Shown here piece by piece: positions 19,520-28,000 of a stretch of DNA of 64,000 nt. The notes under the pieces were generated by a model that saw only the letters and a list, made by a program, of their open reading frames with translations, did no database searches and was not told the DNA's origin. The number at the start of each line of letters is the position of its first letter. The first letter of the stretch is position 1. The DNA comes from Ostreococcus lucimarinus (taxonomy: Eukaryota). The stretch is taken from assembly GCA_000092065.1 (NCBI GenBank), contig CP000589.1; one strand, written 5' to 3'. The position numbers and the translations under genes were made by a program.

Positions 19520-19814
19520 CGCTCGCGCCGCGCGCGCGTCCACGCGTCGCGTCGATCGCGACGAGGCCCTCGCGCGCGCGCTCGCGCGAACGCCGTCGAC
19601 GTCGCGACGCGACGCGCTCGATAGTGCCGCGTCGTGGATTCGAATCGCGTCGCGCGCGCCACTCCATCGCGCCCGTCGTCGCGCGCGCCGCTCGACCGCG
19701 CGCGGGCGTCGAGCGCGTTGTCGTCGACGTCGGCGCGCGCGCCGCGACGCCGCGACGCGCCGTCGGCGGCGGCGAACGCGCGCGAAAGATTCAAATCCGC
19801 GACAGCTGCGCGCG
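19520..19814. promoter_or_regulatory. Divergent promoter region between NudC and the CLASP-like gene
   Basis: 295 nt separate the divergent ATGs. Inferred from arrangement. Confidence 0.45.
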
Positions 19815-22811
19815 ATGACGACGACGACGATGGCGAGCGACGCGCTGAAGGCGCTGGAACCGGCGACGAGGGACGCGAACGCGTTCAAAGCGCGCGCGGC
19901 GCTGATCGCGATGCGTGAGATCATCGATGGGACGACGGAGGCGACGGAGGCGGGCGTCGGCGCGCGAGCGTGCTGGTCGGGCTGCCGCGAGTGGCTGGGA
20001 TCGGGAAAGAAAGACGCGAGAAAAGACGCGGTGAAGACGACGCTGGCGCTCATGCGGTGCGGAATAACGAGGGAAGAGATGGAGGATAAGCTGTCGTTCG
20101 CGTGGAAGCACGCGAACTGGCGGTTTCGAGTTTCGGCGATTGAAATTTTGAGCGCGACGATGGCGACGACGGAGGACGACGCGTTCGCGAGACGATGCTT
20201 TGATGCGTTCGCGCGGACGCTGGGGGATCGCGAAGGCGAAGTGCGCGAACAGGCGATGGATGGAATCGCGGTGGTGTTTGAAAAGTTTCCGCGCGTCGGG
20301 CGAGAGGCGCTCGAGGCGACGAAAGACGCGATGCGACCGCAACACGTCAAGGAGATCGAACGACGGTTGGACGGCGCGAAAGCGGAGACGAACGAGATGG
20401 AGACGTCGAAGTCGGCGAGCGAGAGCATGAGCGCGAGTGCGGTGGTGAAACCGCTGGGCGATGGATTGGTGCCGCCGCCGCCCGAACGTATATCCAACGA
20501 ACGAGAATTCACGCGCGCGATGGATCGCGTCACGCGAGACTTGCGCCCAGACGTGGATTGGCTGAAAAGAATCGCGGCTATGGTGCGTTTAGAGGCCATC
20601 ACGCTCGGCGGTGGCGGAGAGGTTTTCGAAGACGCGTTCACGTCGTCGCTCGGAAGAGCCGTGGAGGTGCTCTTGGCGCAAATTAGCGACAGACGAAGCG
20701 CCGTGGTGAAGCAAGTTTCTCACCTGCTCGTCACTCTGGCGCGCGGCGCGACGAAATCTTTCGCCCAATACGTCGATCATTTTGTCATGGCGCTCCTGAA
20801 AACGACTGTGGTTACCGTTGGTGTCATTGCCGACAGCGGAAATGCGTGCATTCGAGGCATCATCGAGCACTGCCACGCGCCGAAATTGGTCCAAAGATTA
20901 ACGGACGCCGTCGTCGCGGAGCGCGCGCCGAAGATGCGAGGCTGCATCGTGGAGTATCTTTCAATCATTTTGAAATCGTGGGAGTTGAGCAACCGTCACA
21001 TCGACGCCATCGGCGACGCTCTTCGAGTCACGTTGTCTGACGCGGATGCTACGGTTCGAGCGAATTCGAAAGCTTGCTTTGAGATCTTATCCGTGACGTC
21101 GCCGACGGCGAGCGGCGATCTCTTGACGCGCGTAGACTCGAAGCTCGCGAGAAGTTTGTCCAACTTGACCAACGACAGTGAGTCCGAAGAGACATCTTCC
21201 GTCGCTAGACGCGGTCGAAGCGGTTCGCTCTCGAGCGCGCCCAGTCGAATCGCGCCGGAAGCGCCTGCCGCCAAGAAACTGCCGACGCCGGCGCCCACCG
21301 AGGCGCGGGACATCGCTTCGGCGGTCATGTTCGCCGAACGCGTTGAACGCGCGGCTGAAAGAGCGAGTCGAGCCGAGGCAAGTTCGAGATTACGCGGCGC
21401 ACTCGACGACGCCGATGCACGCACGCACGGTGCGCGGGCGGCGCAGTTTGAGGCGCAGGTGACCCTGCACGCAGCGCGCATTGCCGAGCTTCTCTTGGGC
21501 TACATTTCTGACTCCAACGCCCTCGTTCTCGATCCTGCGCTCGAATCGATCGCCACGCTGGTGTACATCGCTTCGGAAGACTTGAAGCAAGTCATGCCAG
21601 ATTTGTGCTTGGGCGTATTCGAGTGCTTGACCGACCACCGCGAGTCGACGCGCTCTCTCTCCTCCGAAGCGCTCACCGCCATAGGCGACGTGCACAAGCC
21701 GAACGCTCTCTTGCCGGCGCTCTTGCGCTCATTACATCTCGCCTCGACGGCAAAAACAAAAACGGGTGTGTTAGAGTTCGCTTTATACGTTCTTTCCGGG
21801 CGCGGGGGCGGCGCGGATGAGGTCGTACACACGCCGGCGTCGGTATCCGCGAACTTGGAGTCGTGGATCGACCTCGTCGTTGAATTGGCGTGCGACGTCA
21901 ACGAACCGCTAGCCAAGGCGGCGGGGTCAAACTTGGGGGCGATCCACGTGCACGTCGACGGCGCAGTCGTACCGCGTCGGTTGTTGGCGAGCTCGGAATA
22001 TAAGCGAGTTCGGTTTATGGAAGCCATCGAGCGGCGCGTGCCTAAGCTCGCGGAAATGTTGCGACCATTTCTCGAAGCGCCGCCGACGCCGCCGCCAGCG
22101 CCGCCGCCAGCGCCAGCGCCCTCGCCACCGGTCGTCACAGCTACGATGCACGACGTTGGATACGACAGCCTTGACGAAGAACACGGGTATGAAGACCAGA
22201 ACATGGGGTCGCTGAACCGGTCCTATGAAACGATGCGTATCGAGGCGTCCGCAGGCAAGTCTCGCCACGCCGGCGTCGGCGAGCGAATCGTCGAGGCGAT
22301 GGAAGGCTTACGCGATGAGAATATCGACACGGTCGTGCGTTCGCTGCGCACGATCGCCTCGAGTGCCGAAGACTGCTTCGCACACTTCAAACCGTACATG
22401 CCGTTGCTCGTGCCTACCGTGTGTTCGGCGATGGACGATGAGAATGAACTCGTCGCCGCTCACGCCTATGGGGCACTTCGTGCAATTTTTCAACATCGAG
22501 AAATTGATACTGAGGACGCGTTTACCGCGCTCGCACCTTTGATTAACGCATATAGCGCGTCCACAGCGCCGCTCATATGCGCGCACATGATCATCGAAAC
22601 CGCCGATGCGGCGAGCGTGGAGTCATCGTTGCCGCTCGTCTTGCCGAGCGTCGCGGATGTGTGCGCGAGCAAGACCGTCGCCATTCGCCATCGCGCTTTG
22701 AACGCGCTCGGTGCGTGTCAACGCACATTCGGCGCGGCTTCGCTTTCGCCATACGTCGAAGCGTTATCGGTCACCCATCGCGCTGTGCTCGCCCATTACG
22801 CACGCAATTGA
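19815..22811 (+). CDS. HEAT/TOG-repeat protein, CLASP-like
   Basis: Starts at an internal ATG (residue 320) of ORF 18858..22811. The CLASP_N/TOG-like block is WLKRIAAMVRLEAI...ISDRRSAVVKQVSHLLVTLA...VTVGVIADSGNACIRGII...DADATVRANSKACFEIL. Helical repeats run to the C-terminus. Confidence 0.6.
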   Translation: MTTTTMASDALKALEPATRDANAFKARAALIAMREIIDGTTEATEAGVGARACWSGCREWLGSGKKDARKDAVKTTLALMRCGITREEMEDKLSFAWKHANWRFRVSAIEILSATMATTEDDAFARRCFDAFARTLGDREGEVREQAMDGIAVVFEKFPRVGREALEATKDAMRPQHVKEIERRLDGAKAETNEMETSKSASESMSASAVVKPLGDGLVPPPPERISNEREFTRAMDRVTRDLRPDVDWLKRIAAMVRLEAITLGGGGEVFEDAFTSSLGRAVEVLLAQISDRRSAVVKQVSHLLVTLARGATKSFAQYVDHFVMALLKTTVVTVGVIADSGNACIRGIIEHCHAPKLVQRLTDAVVAERAPKMRGCIVEYLSIILKSWELSNRHIDAIGDALRVTLSDADATVRANSKACFEILSVTSPTASGDLLTRVDSKLARSLSNLTNDSESEETSSVARRGRSGSLSSAPSRIAPEAPAAKKLPTPAPTEARDIASAVMFAERVERAAERASRAEASSRLRGALDDADARTHGARAAQFEAQVTLHAARIAELLLGYISDSNALVLDPALESIATLVYIASEDLKQVMPDLCLGVFECLTDHRESTRSLSSEALTAIGDVHKPNALLPALLRSLHLASTAKTKTGVLEFALYVLSGRGGGADEVVHTPASVSANLESWIDLVVELACDVNEPLAKAAGSNLGAIHVHVDGAVVPRRLLASSEYKRVRFMEAIERRVPKLAEMLRPFLEAPPTPPPAPPPAPAPSPPVVTATMHDVGYDSLDEEHGYEDQNMGSLNRSYETMRIEASAGKSRHAGVGERIVEAMEGLRDENIDTVVRSLRTIASSAEDCFAHFKPYMPLLVPTVCSAMDDENELVAAHAYGALRAIFQHREIDTEDAFTALAPLINAYSASTAPLICAHMIIETADAASVESSLPLVLPSVADVCASKTVAIRHRALNALGACQRTFGAASLSPYVEALSVTHRAVLAHYARN

Positions 22812-22814
22812 CTT

Positions 22815-22819
22815 TGTAA
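22815..22819 (+). terminator. Candidate TGTAA polyadenylation signal after the CLASP-like gene
   Basis: TGTAA lies 4 nt after the stop codon, inside an AT-rich island (tttgtaaatattaaaaac). Confidence 0.3.
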
Positions 22820-23064
22820 ATATTAAAAACAACCTGCTTGCCGAAGAGTTTACGCGACTGCACACGCTCCGTCATCCGTCGCCTCGCACGCGTCACCGAG
22901 CGCGGGTTTCCAATCGAACGGATCAACCCACGGCCCGAACGCGATAGCGTCATTAGCGTTGCCCGCCTTGCGCGAGGAGAGGCGACGAAGATGGATCGAA
23001 TTTAAAACGGTATCGCGCGCGATGCGGTGGCGCGCGCGTCATCGCGAGCGAGTGCGCGGAAATA

Positions 23065-24076
23065 TCATCGCTGAATGACGACGGCGCCGGCGAGACCGGC
23101 GTCGGCGATGACGGCGTCGTCGTCGGAGAGCGTTTTCGGCGGAAAGCCCGAGAGCTGCAGCGTGTACGCGAAGGATTCATCCGGGCGCGATCTCGCGATG
23201 AAAGAGTGGATGTGCGCGACGGTGTGCGTGGTGTTGAACTTGGCCACCAAACGGCTTCCGTCGCGAAGTCTGATTTGAATCGACGTCGTCGGTTGGGACT
23301 CGTCGACGTTCCACTCGACCGTCGACGCGGGCGCCGTCGATGCGGGCGCCGGTTCGCTGTCGCTCGCGAGCGTGCGCCCGGATCCACCGAACGCCCTGTA
23401 CTTTGGCTCTTTCGGCGGTACGTACGGCTCGTGACGCTGCACTAAATTGATGTTCACCCGTTCGGTTCTGCTCCGCGGCGCGAGCTCCGCCGGCGCCTCG
23501 CCGCGTCCGATGGACTCCATGAACGCCACGTTCGCGGGGTCATCGAACGTGCGCAGCGGTCCATCATCGACCGTGAACCCATTCTGCCAAAACGTGACGA
23601 CGCGACTGACGATCCCATCGTCCGCGTTCGCCGCCGTCGCCGCGCTCGCTTCCTCTTCGTCCGCGGCTTCTTCCTCCGCGCTCGAGTTCAGCGTTCGCCC
23701 GCGTCCTCGAAACGCCGTCGCCGCCCCGCCTCGCGCGCCTCGACTTTCATTCGGGTTCAAATCCTCCGCCGTGCCGTCCATCGCACCGTGCGCGCGAGCG
23801 CTGTCGAACATCGACGCCAGTCGCGCGTCGGGTCGCTCTCGCGGGTCGATCACCGCCTGCCCACTCGACGCGCCGCCCGTGTACCACTCCTGCGGATCGG
23901 GGCCGTTCGAGTCGGAGGCATCGTCGTTGCGTTCGTTCACGTCGCGCAGGCCGCGAACGTTGGACTGCGAGCGCGGTCAGTCGGTTGATTTCGATGTCGT
24001 TGAGATTACTGAGATGACCACGCGAGCGCGCGTCGCGCGTCGATCGGGACGAATCGCGCGCGCGCGGGCGTACCAT
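23065..24076 (-). CDS. p47/NSFL1C-like SEP-UBX protein (Cdc48 cofactor); 2 exons: 24074..24076 (ATG only) and 23065..23964
   Basis: The track ORF 23065..23940 starts with GTG. The frame is open 8 codons further upstream to an acceptor CAG. The SEP region is VVTFWQNGFTVDDGPLRTFDDPANVAFMESI. The UBX end is IQIRLRDGSRLVAKFNTTHTV..LSGFPPK. The spliced N-terminus reads M-SNVRGLRDVNERNDD..QEWYTGG. Confidence 0.7.
23965..24073 (-). other. Intron 1 of the p47-like gene (109 nt, GT-AG), immediately after the ATG
   Basis: On the minus strand the sequence reads ATG|GTACGC. ACTGAC is at 23976..23981 and the CAG ends at 23965. Register was checked against ORF 23747..24223. Confidence 0.55.
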
Positions 24077-24231
24077 GTCGCGCGTGTTTCGTCGTGCGCG
24101 CCGTCGAGCGATCGGGAGACGTCGCGTCGCGAGGTGAGGTTCGTAACTGCTCCCGACTGGAACTACAATGACAAAGAGAAGAGTCGCTAGGCGTCTTCGT
24201 CGCCGGCGCCAATGCGGCGCCAAGGTGTCGG

Positions 24232-26991
24232 CTATTTCTTACCGCGGCGCTTCTTCTCCGCGGACGCCCAGCCGGCTTCGTTGTCCTCGCCGTCGGCACC
24301 GGAGAACCCGGGACCGGCGCCTTGAGCGGCCACCTTGGCGAGCTCGCCGTTGCCCAAACCTTCGGCGAGCGACGGGTCGGCGCGCTTTTGACGGATGAGC
24401 TCGACCGCGAACGCGCTAGCCTGCGGGGTTTTGCCCAAGTATAACGCGACGTACTCTTGAACCTCGCCCGCGGAGGGTAAACCGAGCAAGAAATCCACCA
24501 AAGTCATGTCGTCTGAATTGTTCAACTGGGACATTTGCGCCTTGCACCACGCGCGCAGGGCGTTTTTGTTGTTCAAAGGAGGCAAACCTGAAGGCAAGGG
24601 GGCGCTCGACGACATCGCGGACTGCGTGAGAGGGGCGACCGCGTTACCGATGACGGGTCGAGCCTTTGGCGCCTGCGACTGAGGCACAGACCTCGGCACC
24701 ACCATCGGCGCGGACGGACGCGGCGCGACTTGACTCGGCGCCGCGGCGGCGGCCCAGCCTCCAGAAGTTTGCATCGCCTGGTTTTGCTGGGCCATCGCCG
24801 CTTCAGCCTCGTGTTTCGCCGCGGCGCGCAACGCTTCCTCTTCCTGGATTTGCTTCAAGCTCTTGCCACCGCCGCCAGCGTTGCCACCCCAAGCCCCGCC
24901 GAAAGCGGTGTGCGTGCTCGGGGGCGGCGCGTTCTTCGCCGCTTGCGCGGCGCGCGCCTCTTCCTCGCGTTGAATATCCAGGAGCGTCTTACCGGCGACC
25001 GCCGCTGGTAGTGCAGGAGCGGCACCACCCCAGGCTGGTCCAGTCGGCGCCGCCTTCGCGGGTTCTGGTGCGGGTTCGACGCGCGGCGGCATCGTGACGG
25101 GGGGGGGCATCGCCGGCTGCGGCGGCGGTTGACGCGGCACATCTCGCGCTGCCGGTGGCGCGTCCCACTTCGAAGACGCATCCGCGCTCGCGACTTCTTG
25201 TCTACCACTTCTATCGTGCATGTGTCTGTTCTCGATGTCCGCGAGCGTCATACCGCGAGCTCGTGGCGGCGCCCCGCCCGCTTGACTAGATATCCCCAAG
25301 CCCGCGGCAAAGTTGGCGAGAGCGTTCGATCTCGCCGCTTGCTGCGACATGGCTTTAGGAGCGATGCCGTGCGACTGCTCTATCTCTTCTAACGTGAGAC
25401 CTCGCGGTGGAGGCGCTCCGGAAGGTTGCGCCTGCTGCGAGAGCCACGGTGGTAAACCGCCCTGCTGTCGCGGCGGCGGCGCCTGTTGTTGCGGCGGCGG
25501 CGCCTGTTGCATCGGGATGCGGTAGCGCCAGCCGTTTTGCAAGAGTTCGATTAACGGCATGAAGGGCGCACCGGCCGGAGCGTCGATCGGTTTGCACGGT
25601 AAATCGTTCGGAAAGAAGCCGCCTTGATGCCATTCTATGAGCTCTTGACGCGTGAACGGGCCCTGTTGCTGTCCCGAAGGATCGAGATAGAGCCAGTCGA
25701 CGTTTGCCGGTACCGGAGGCGGCAACTGCTGCTGCGTAGGCGGCATCTGTTGTCGTTGCTGCGGTGGGATCTGTTGCTGCGGCGGCGGCATCTGCATCGG
25801 CGGCATCTGCATCGGCGGCATCTGCACCGTTTGTTGCGGCGGCGCCTGCATCATGCCTCCGATGTGAGAGAGGTGCGGCATGAGCGTCTCGTCCTCTTCT
25901 AAAGCGACGAATCGAGATGTTCTCGATTGTTCTTGCGCTGGAACCGCGGGCTTGCCGAGACCAGCCAAACCGAGTCGTTCCTCCGCCGTGAGCTGCGGCA
26001 GCGCGGTACCCAAGAAAGAATCGTCCGTCAAGCTGGCGTCAGCCAAAGAGTTGCCTTCTTGAGCCCACTCGGGGACGTCGTCTTTCGCCTTACGGGTCGT
26101 CGTCGCCGCCGACGCCGCCGTCTTCGGTTCGGGCACCGGTTCCTTCTTCTTCTGCCAGTCGCCGTGGCGACCAATCATCGTCAGCTCCCACATCGGATCT
26201 CCCGGTTTGATCGCCTTCAACGGCACGTTCGTCCCGCACACGTCTTCTGGCAACTTACACGTCTGCAAAGCCTCCATCTCGCGCAGAATCGTCACCAACT
26301 GGGCGGCATCGTAGCGATACTTGGCGCCGTTCTCCTTCTTTTCTGGCGGCGTCTCCGCCGGCGCCGCGTCGTCGCCCGTCTTTTCGCCGTCGTCCGCAAA
26401 CTGCCCGCTCGCCGCTTTTCTCGCCATCACCGCATCGAAGAACGCATCGCTCACGCTGCTCACTTGCAACGCCCCCAAACTCAGCTCCAACGCCTGCCCG
26501 CCGCTCTTCCCGCGTCCCATCGTAAAACCGCGACCGGCGGGTCTCGTCGGAATCCCTTCCCGCGCCTGCGCGCGTCCGCTTCCGTGTCGTCCGCGCCCTT
26601 CGCCTCCCTCCGCCTTCGCATCGCCTCCCTCCGCTCGCTTCCCATCGCCGTCGATCCACGCCTTGGACCCCCACGAATCCCTCGCGTCTCGCTTGCCCCA
26701 CCCCGGCGGTCCGCCATCCTTCCCGTACTTCTCCCGTCGCTCACCTCGACTCGCGCGCTCGCGTCTCGACCCCCCGCTCGCCGCGCCCTGTCCATCGCCA
26801 TCGCCTCGCCACTTTACCTTCGCTTCCTCGCGCGTGTCGCTCTCTCGTCTCGCGCCGCCGTCGTGCGACTTTCGCGCGTCGCCGTCGCGATCGCGGTGTC
26901 CGTGCCCGTGCGCCGTGTGCCACCCCCCCCCGTCGTCCTGCCCGCGCGCGCTCGTCGCCCTCGACCCATCGTCGCCTTTCGCGTCGCTCAT
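24232..26991 (-). CDS. GYF-domain protein (GIGYF-like), Pro/Gln-rich
   Basis: ATG checked at 26989..26991. The GYF domain is WLYLDPSGQQQGPFTRQELIEWHQGGFFPNDLPCKP. There are PPMQMPP/QQ repeats and four copies of an (S/T)L..I..EE-type motif (LTLEEIEQ, MTLADIEN, TLLDIQREEE, SLKQIQEEE). Confidence 0.75.
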   Translation of the reverse strand: MSDAKGDDGSRATSARGQDDGGGWHTAHGHGHRDRDGDARKSHDGGARRESDTREEAKVKWRGDGDGQGAASGGSRRERASRGERREKYGKDGGPPGWGKRDARDSWGSKAWIDGDGKRAEGGDAKAEGGEGRGRHGSGRAQAREGIPTRPAGRGFTMGRGKSGGQALELSLGALQVSSVSDAFFDAVMARKAASGQFADDGEKTGDDAAPAETPPEKKENGAKYRYDAAQLVTILREMEALQTCKLPEDVCGTNVPLKAIKPGDPMWELTMIGRHGDWQKKKEPVPEPKTAASAATTTRKAKDDVPEWAQEGNSLADASLTDDSFLGTALPQLTAEERLGLAGLGKPAVPAQEQSRTSRFVALEEDETLMPHLSHIGGMMQAPPQQTVQMPPMQMPPMQMPPPQQQIPPQQRQQMPPTQQQLPPPVPANVDWLYLDPSGQQQGPFTRQELIEWHQGGFFPNDLPCKPIDAPAGAPFMPLIELLQNGWRYRIPMQQAPPPQQQAPPPRQQGGLPPWLSQQAQPSGAPPPRGLTLEEIEQSHGIAPKAMSQQAARSNALANFAAGLGISSQAGGAPPRARGMTLADIENRHMHDRSGRQEVASADASSKWDAPPAARDVPRQPPPQPAMPPPVTMPPRVEPAPEPAKAAPTGPAWGGAAPALPAAVAGKTLLDIQREEEARAAQAAKNAPPPSTHTAFGGAWGGNAGGGGKSLKQIQEEEALRAAAKHEAEAAMAQQNQAMQTSGGWAAAAAPSQVAPRPSAPMVVPRSVPQSQAPKARPVIGNAVAPLTQSAMSSSAPLPSGLPPLNNKNALRAWCKAQMSQLNNSDDMTLVDFLLGLPSAGEVQEYVALYLGKTPQASAFAVELIRQKRADPSLAEGLGNGELAKVAAQGAGPGFSGADGEDNEAGWASAEKKRRGKK

Positions 26992-27234
26992 CGCGCGATT
27001 CGCGCGTCGTCAGCGTCGTCGGCGCGCGGATTCTCCCGCCCGCGTCCGATCGACCGATTCGATCGAATCCGGCGTCGCGTCGCCTCGCGCGCGCTCCGCG
27101 GTGGCGCGGCGCGCGTCGTCGTCGACCGCGACGTCGTCGCCGAGAGCGCGTCGTCGCGACGCCGTGCGCGTCGCCGAGTCGCGCGCGCGCGTCGAATTGT
27201 CGCGCGATTCGATGCGTCGTCACTCCGCGTCGTC
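26992..27234. promoter_or_regulatory. Divergent promoter region between the GYF and TsaE-like genes
   Basis: 243 nt separate the divergent ATGs. Inferred from arrangement. Confidence 0.4.
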
Positions 27235-27972
27235 ATGCGCGCCGCGGCGCGCGTCGCCGGGGCGCTCGCGAGGCCCGGGCGCGCGCGTCGTCGAGCGTTC
27301 GCGCCGCGGCGCGCGTCGCCGCGTCGCGCGTCGACGCGCGCGGGCGCGGGCGCGCGCGACGACGGGGACGGCGGGCGACGCTTCGTCGCGCCGAGCGAGG
27401 GCGCGACGGCGGCGCTCGCGCGGGCGCTCGCGCGCGTCGCGCGCGAGGGAGACGTGATATGCCTGCGCGGCGACGTGGGGGCGGGAAAGAGCGCGTTCGC
27501 GCGGGCGTTCACGCGCGCGGCGACGGGGGACGACGGGCTGGACGTGCCGTCGCCGACGTATCTGGTGCAACAGCGGTACGACGCGCGCGAGGGAAGCGAT
27601 GGCGGGAGAGGGATGCGCGTGCATCACTACGATTTGTATCGCCTGCGGGACGCGAGCGAGATCGAGGCGATGGTGGATCTGGAGGAGAGCGCGGAGAGCG
27701 CGGTTTCGGTGCTGGAGTGGAGCGAACGGTTGGGACGGTTGACGCCGGAGACGCGGTTGGAGGTGCGAGTGCGCGCGATCGGGGCGGGAGAGCGCGCGTG
27801 CGGTGAGGTGGTGGATGACTCGGGCGAGACGGCGAGCGAGGAGGGCGACGAGGAGGGCGAGGAGGAGGAGGAGGAGACGGACGCGGCGTACGTGGACGTC
27901 GCCGCGCGATCGTTTCGGTTCGTCGGTTTCGGCGGCGATTGGGCGGATCGAATCGCGCGGATATCGCCGTAG
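27235..27972 (+). CDS. TsaE/YjeE-like P-loop ATPase (tRNA t6A pathway), organellar presequence-like N-terminus
   Basis: Starts at the internal ATG of ORF 25927..27972 (245 aa). Motifs are ICLRGDVGAGKSAFARAF, VPSPTYLV and HHYDLYRL. The tail is acidic. The ORF part upstream is antisense to the GYF gene. Confidence 0.8.
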   Translation: MRAAARVAGALARPGRARRRAFAPRRASPRRASTRAGAGARDDGDGGRRFVAPSEGATAALARALARVAREGDVICLRGDVGAGKSAFARAFTRAATGDDGLDVPSPTYLVQQRYDAREGSDGGRGMRVHHYDLYRLRDASEIEAMVDLEESAESAVSVLEWSERLGRLTPETRLEVRVRAIGAGERACGEVVDDSGETASEEGDEEGEEEEEETDAAYVDVAARSFRFVGFGGDWADRIARISP

Positions 27973-28000
27973 TGCGCGCGATGAAAAATATGTAGAATTA

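Noticed and set aside
18858-19814. A 319-codon N-terminal extension of the CLASP-like ORF.
   Set aside because: This part is antisense to the NudC gene, Ser/Ala-rich and without motifs. The CLASP-like gene is better started at the ATG at 19815, leaving a normal divergent promoter.
25927-27234. A 436-codon extension upstream of the TsaE-like domain in ORF 25927..27972.
   Set aside because: It is antisense to the GYF gene and Arg/Leu/Pro-rich. The TsaE homology begins only after the ATG at 27235.
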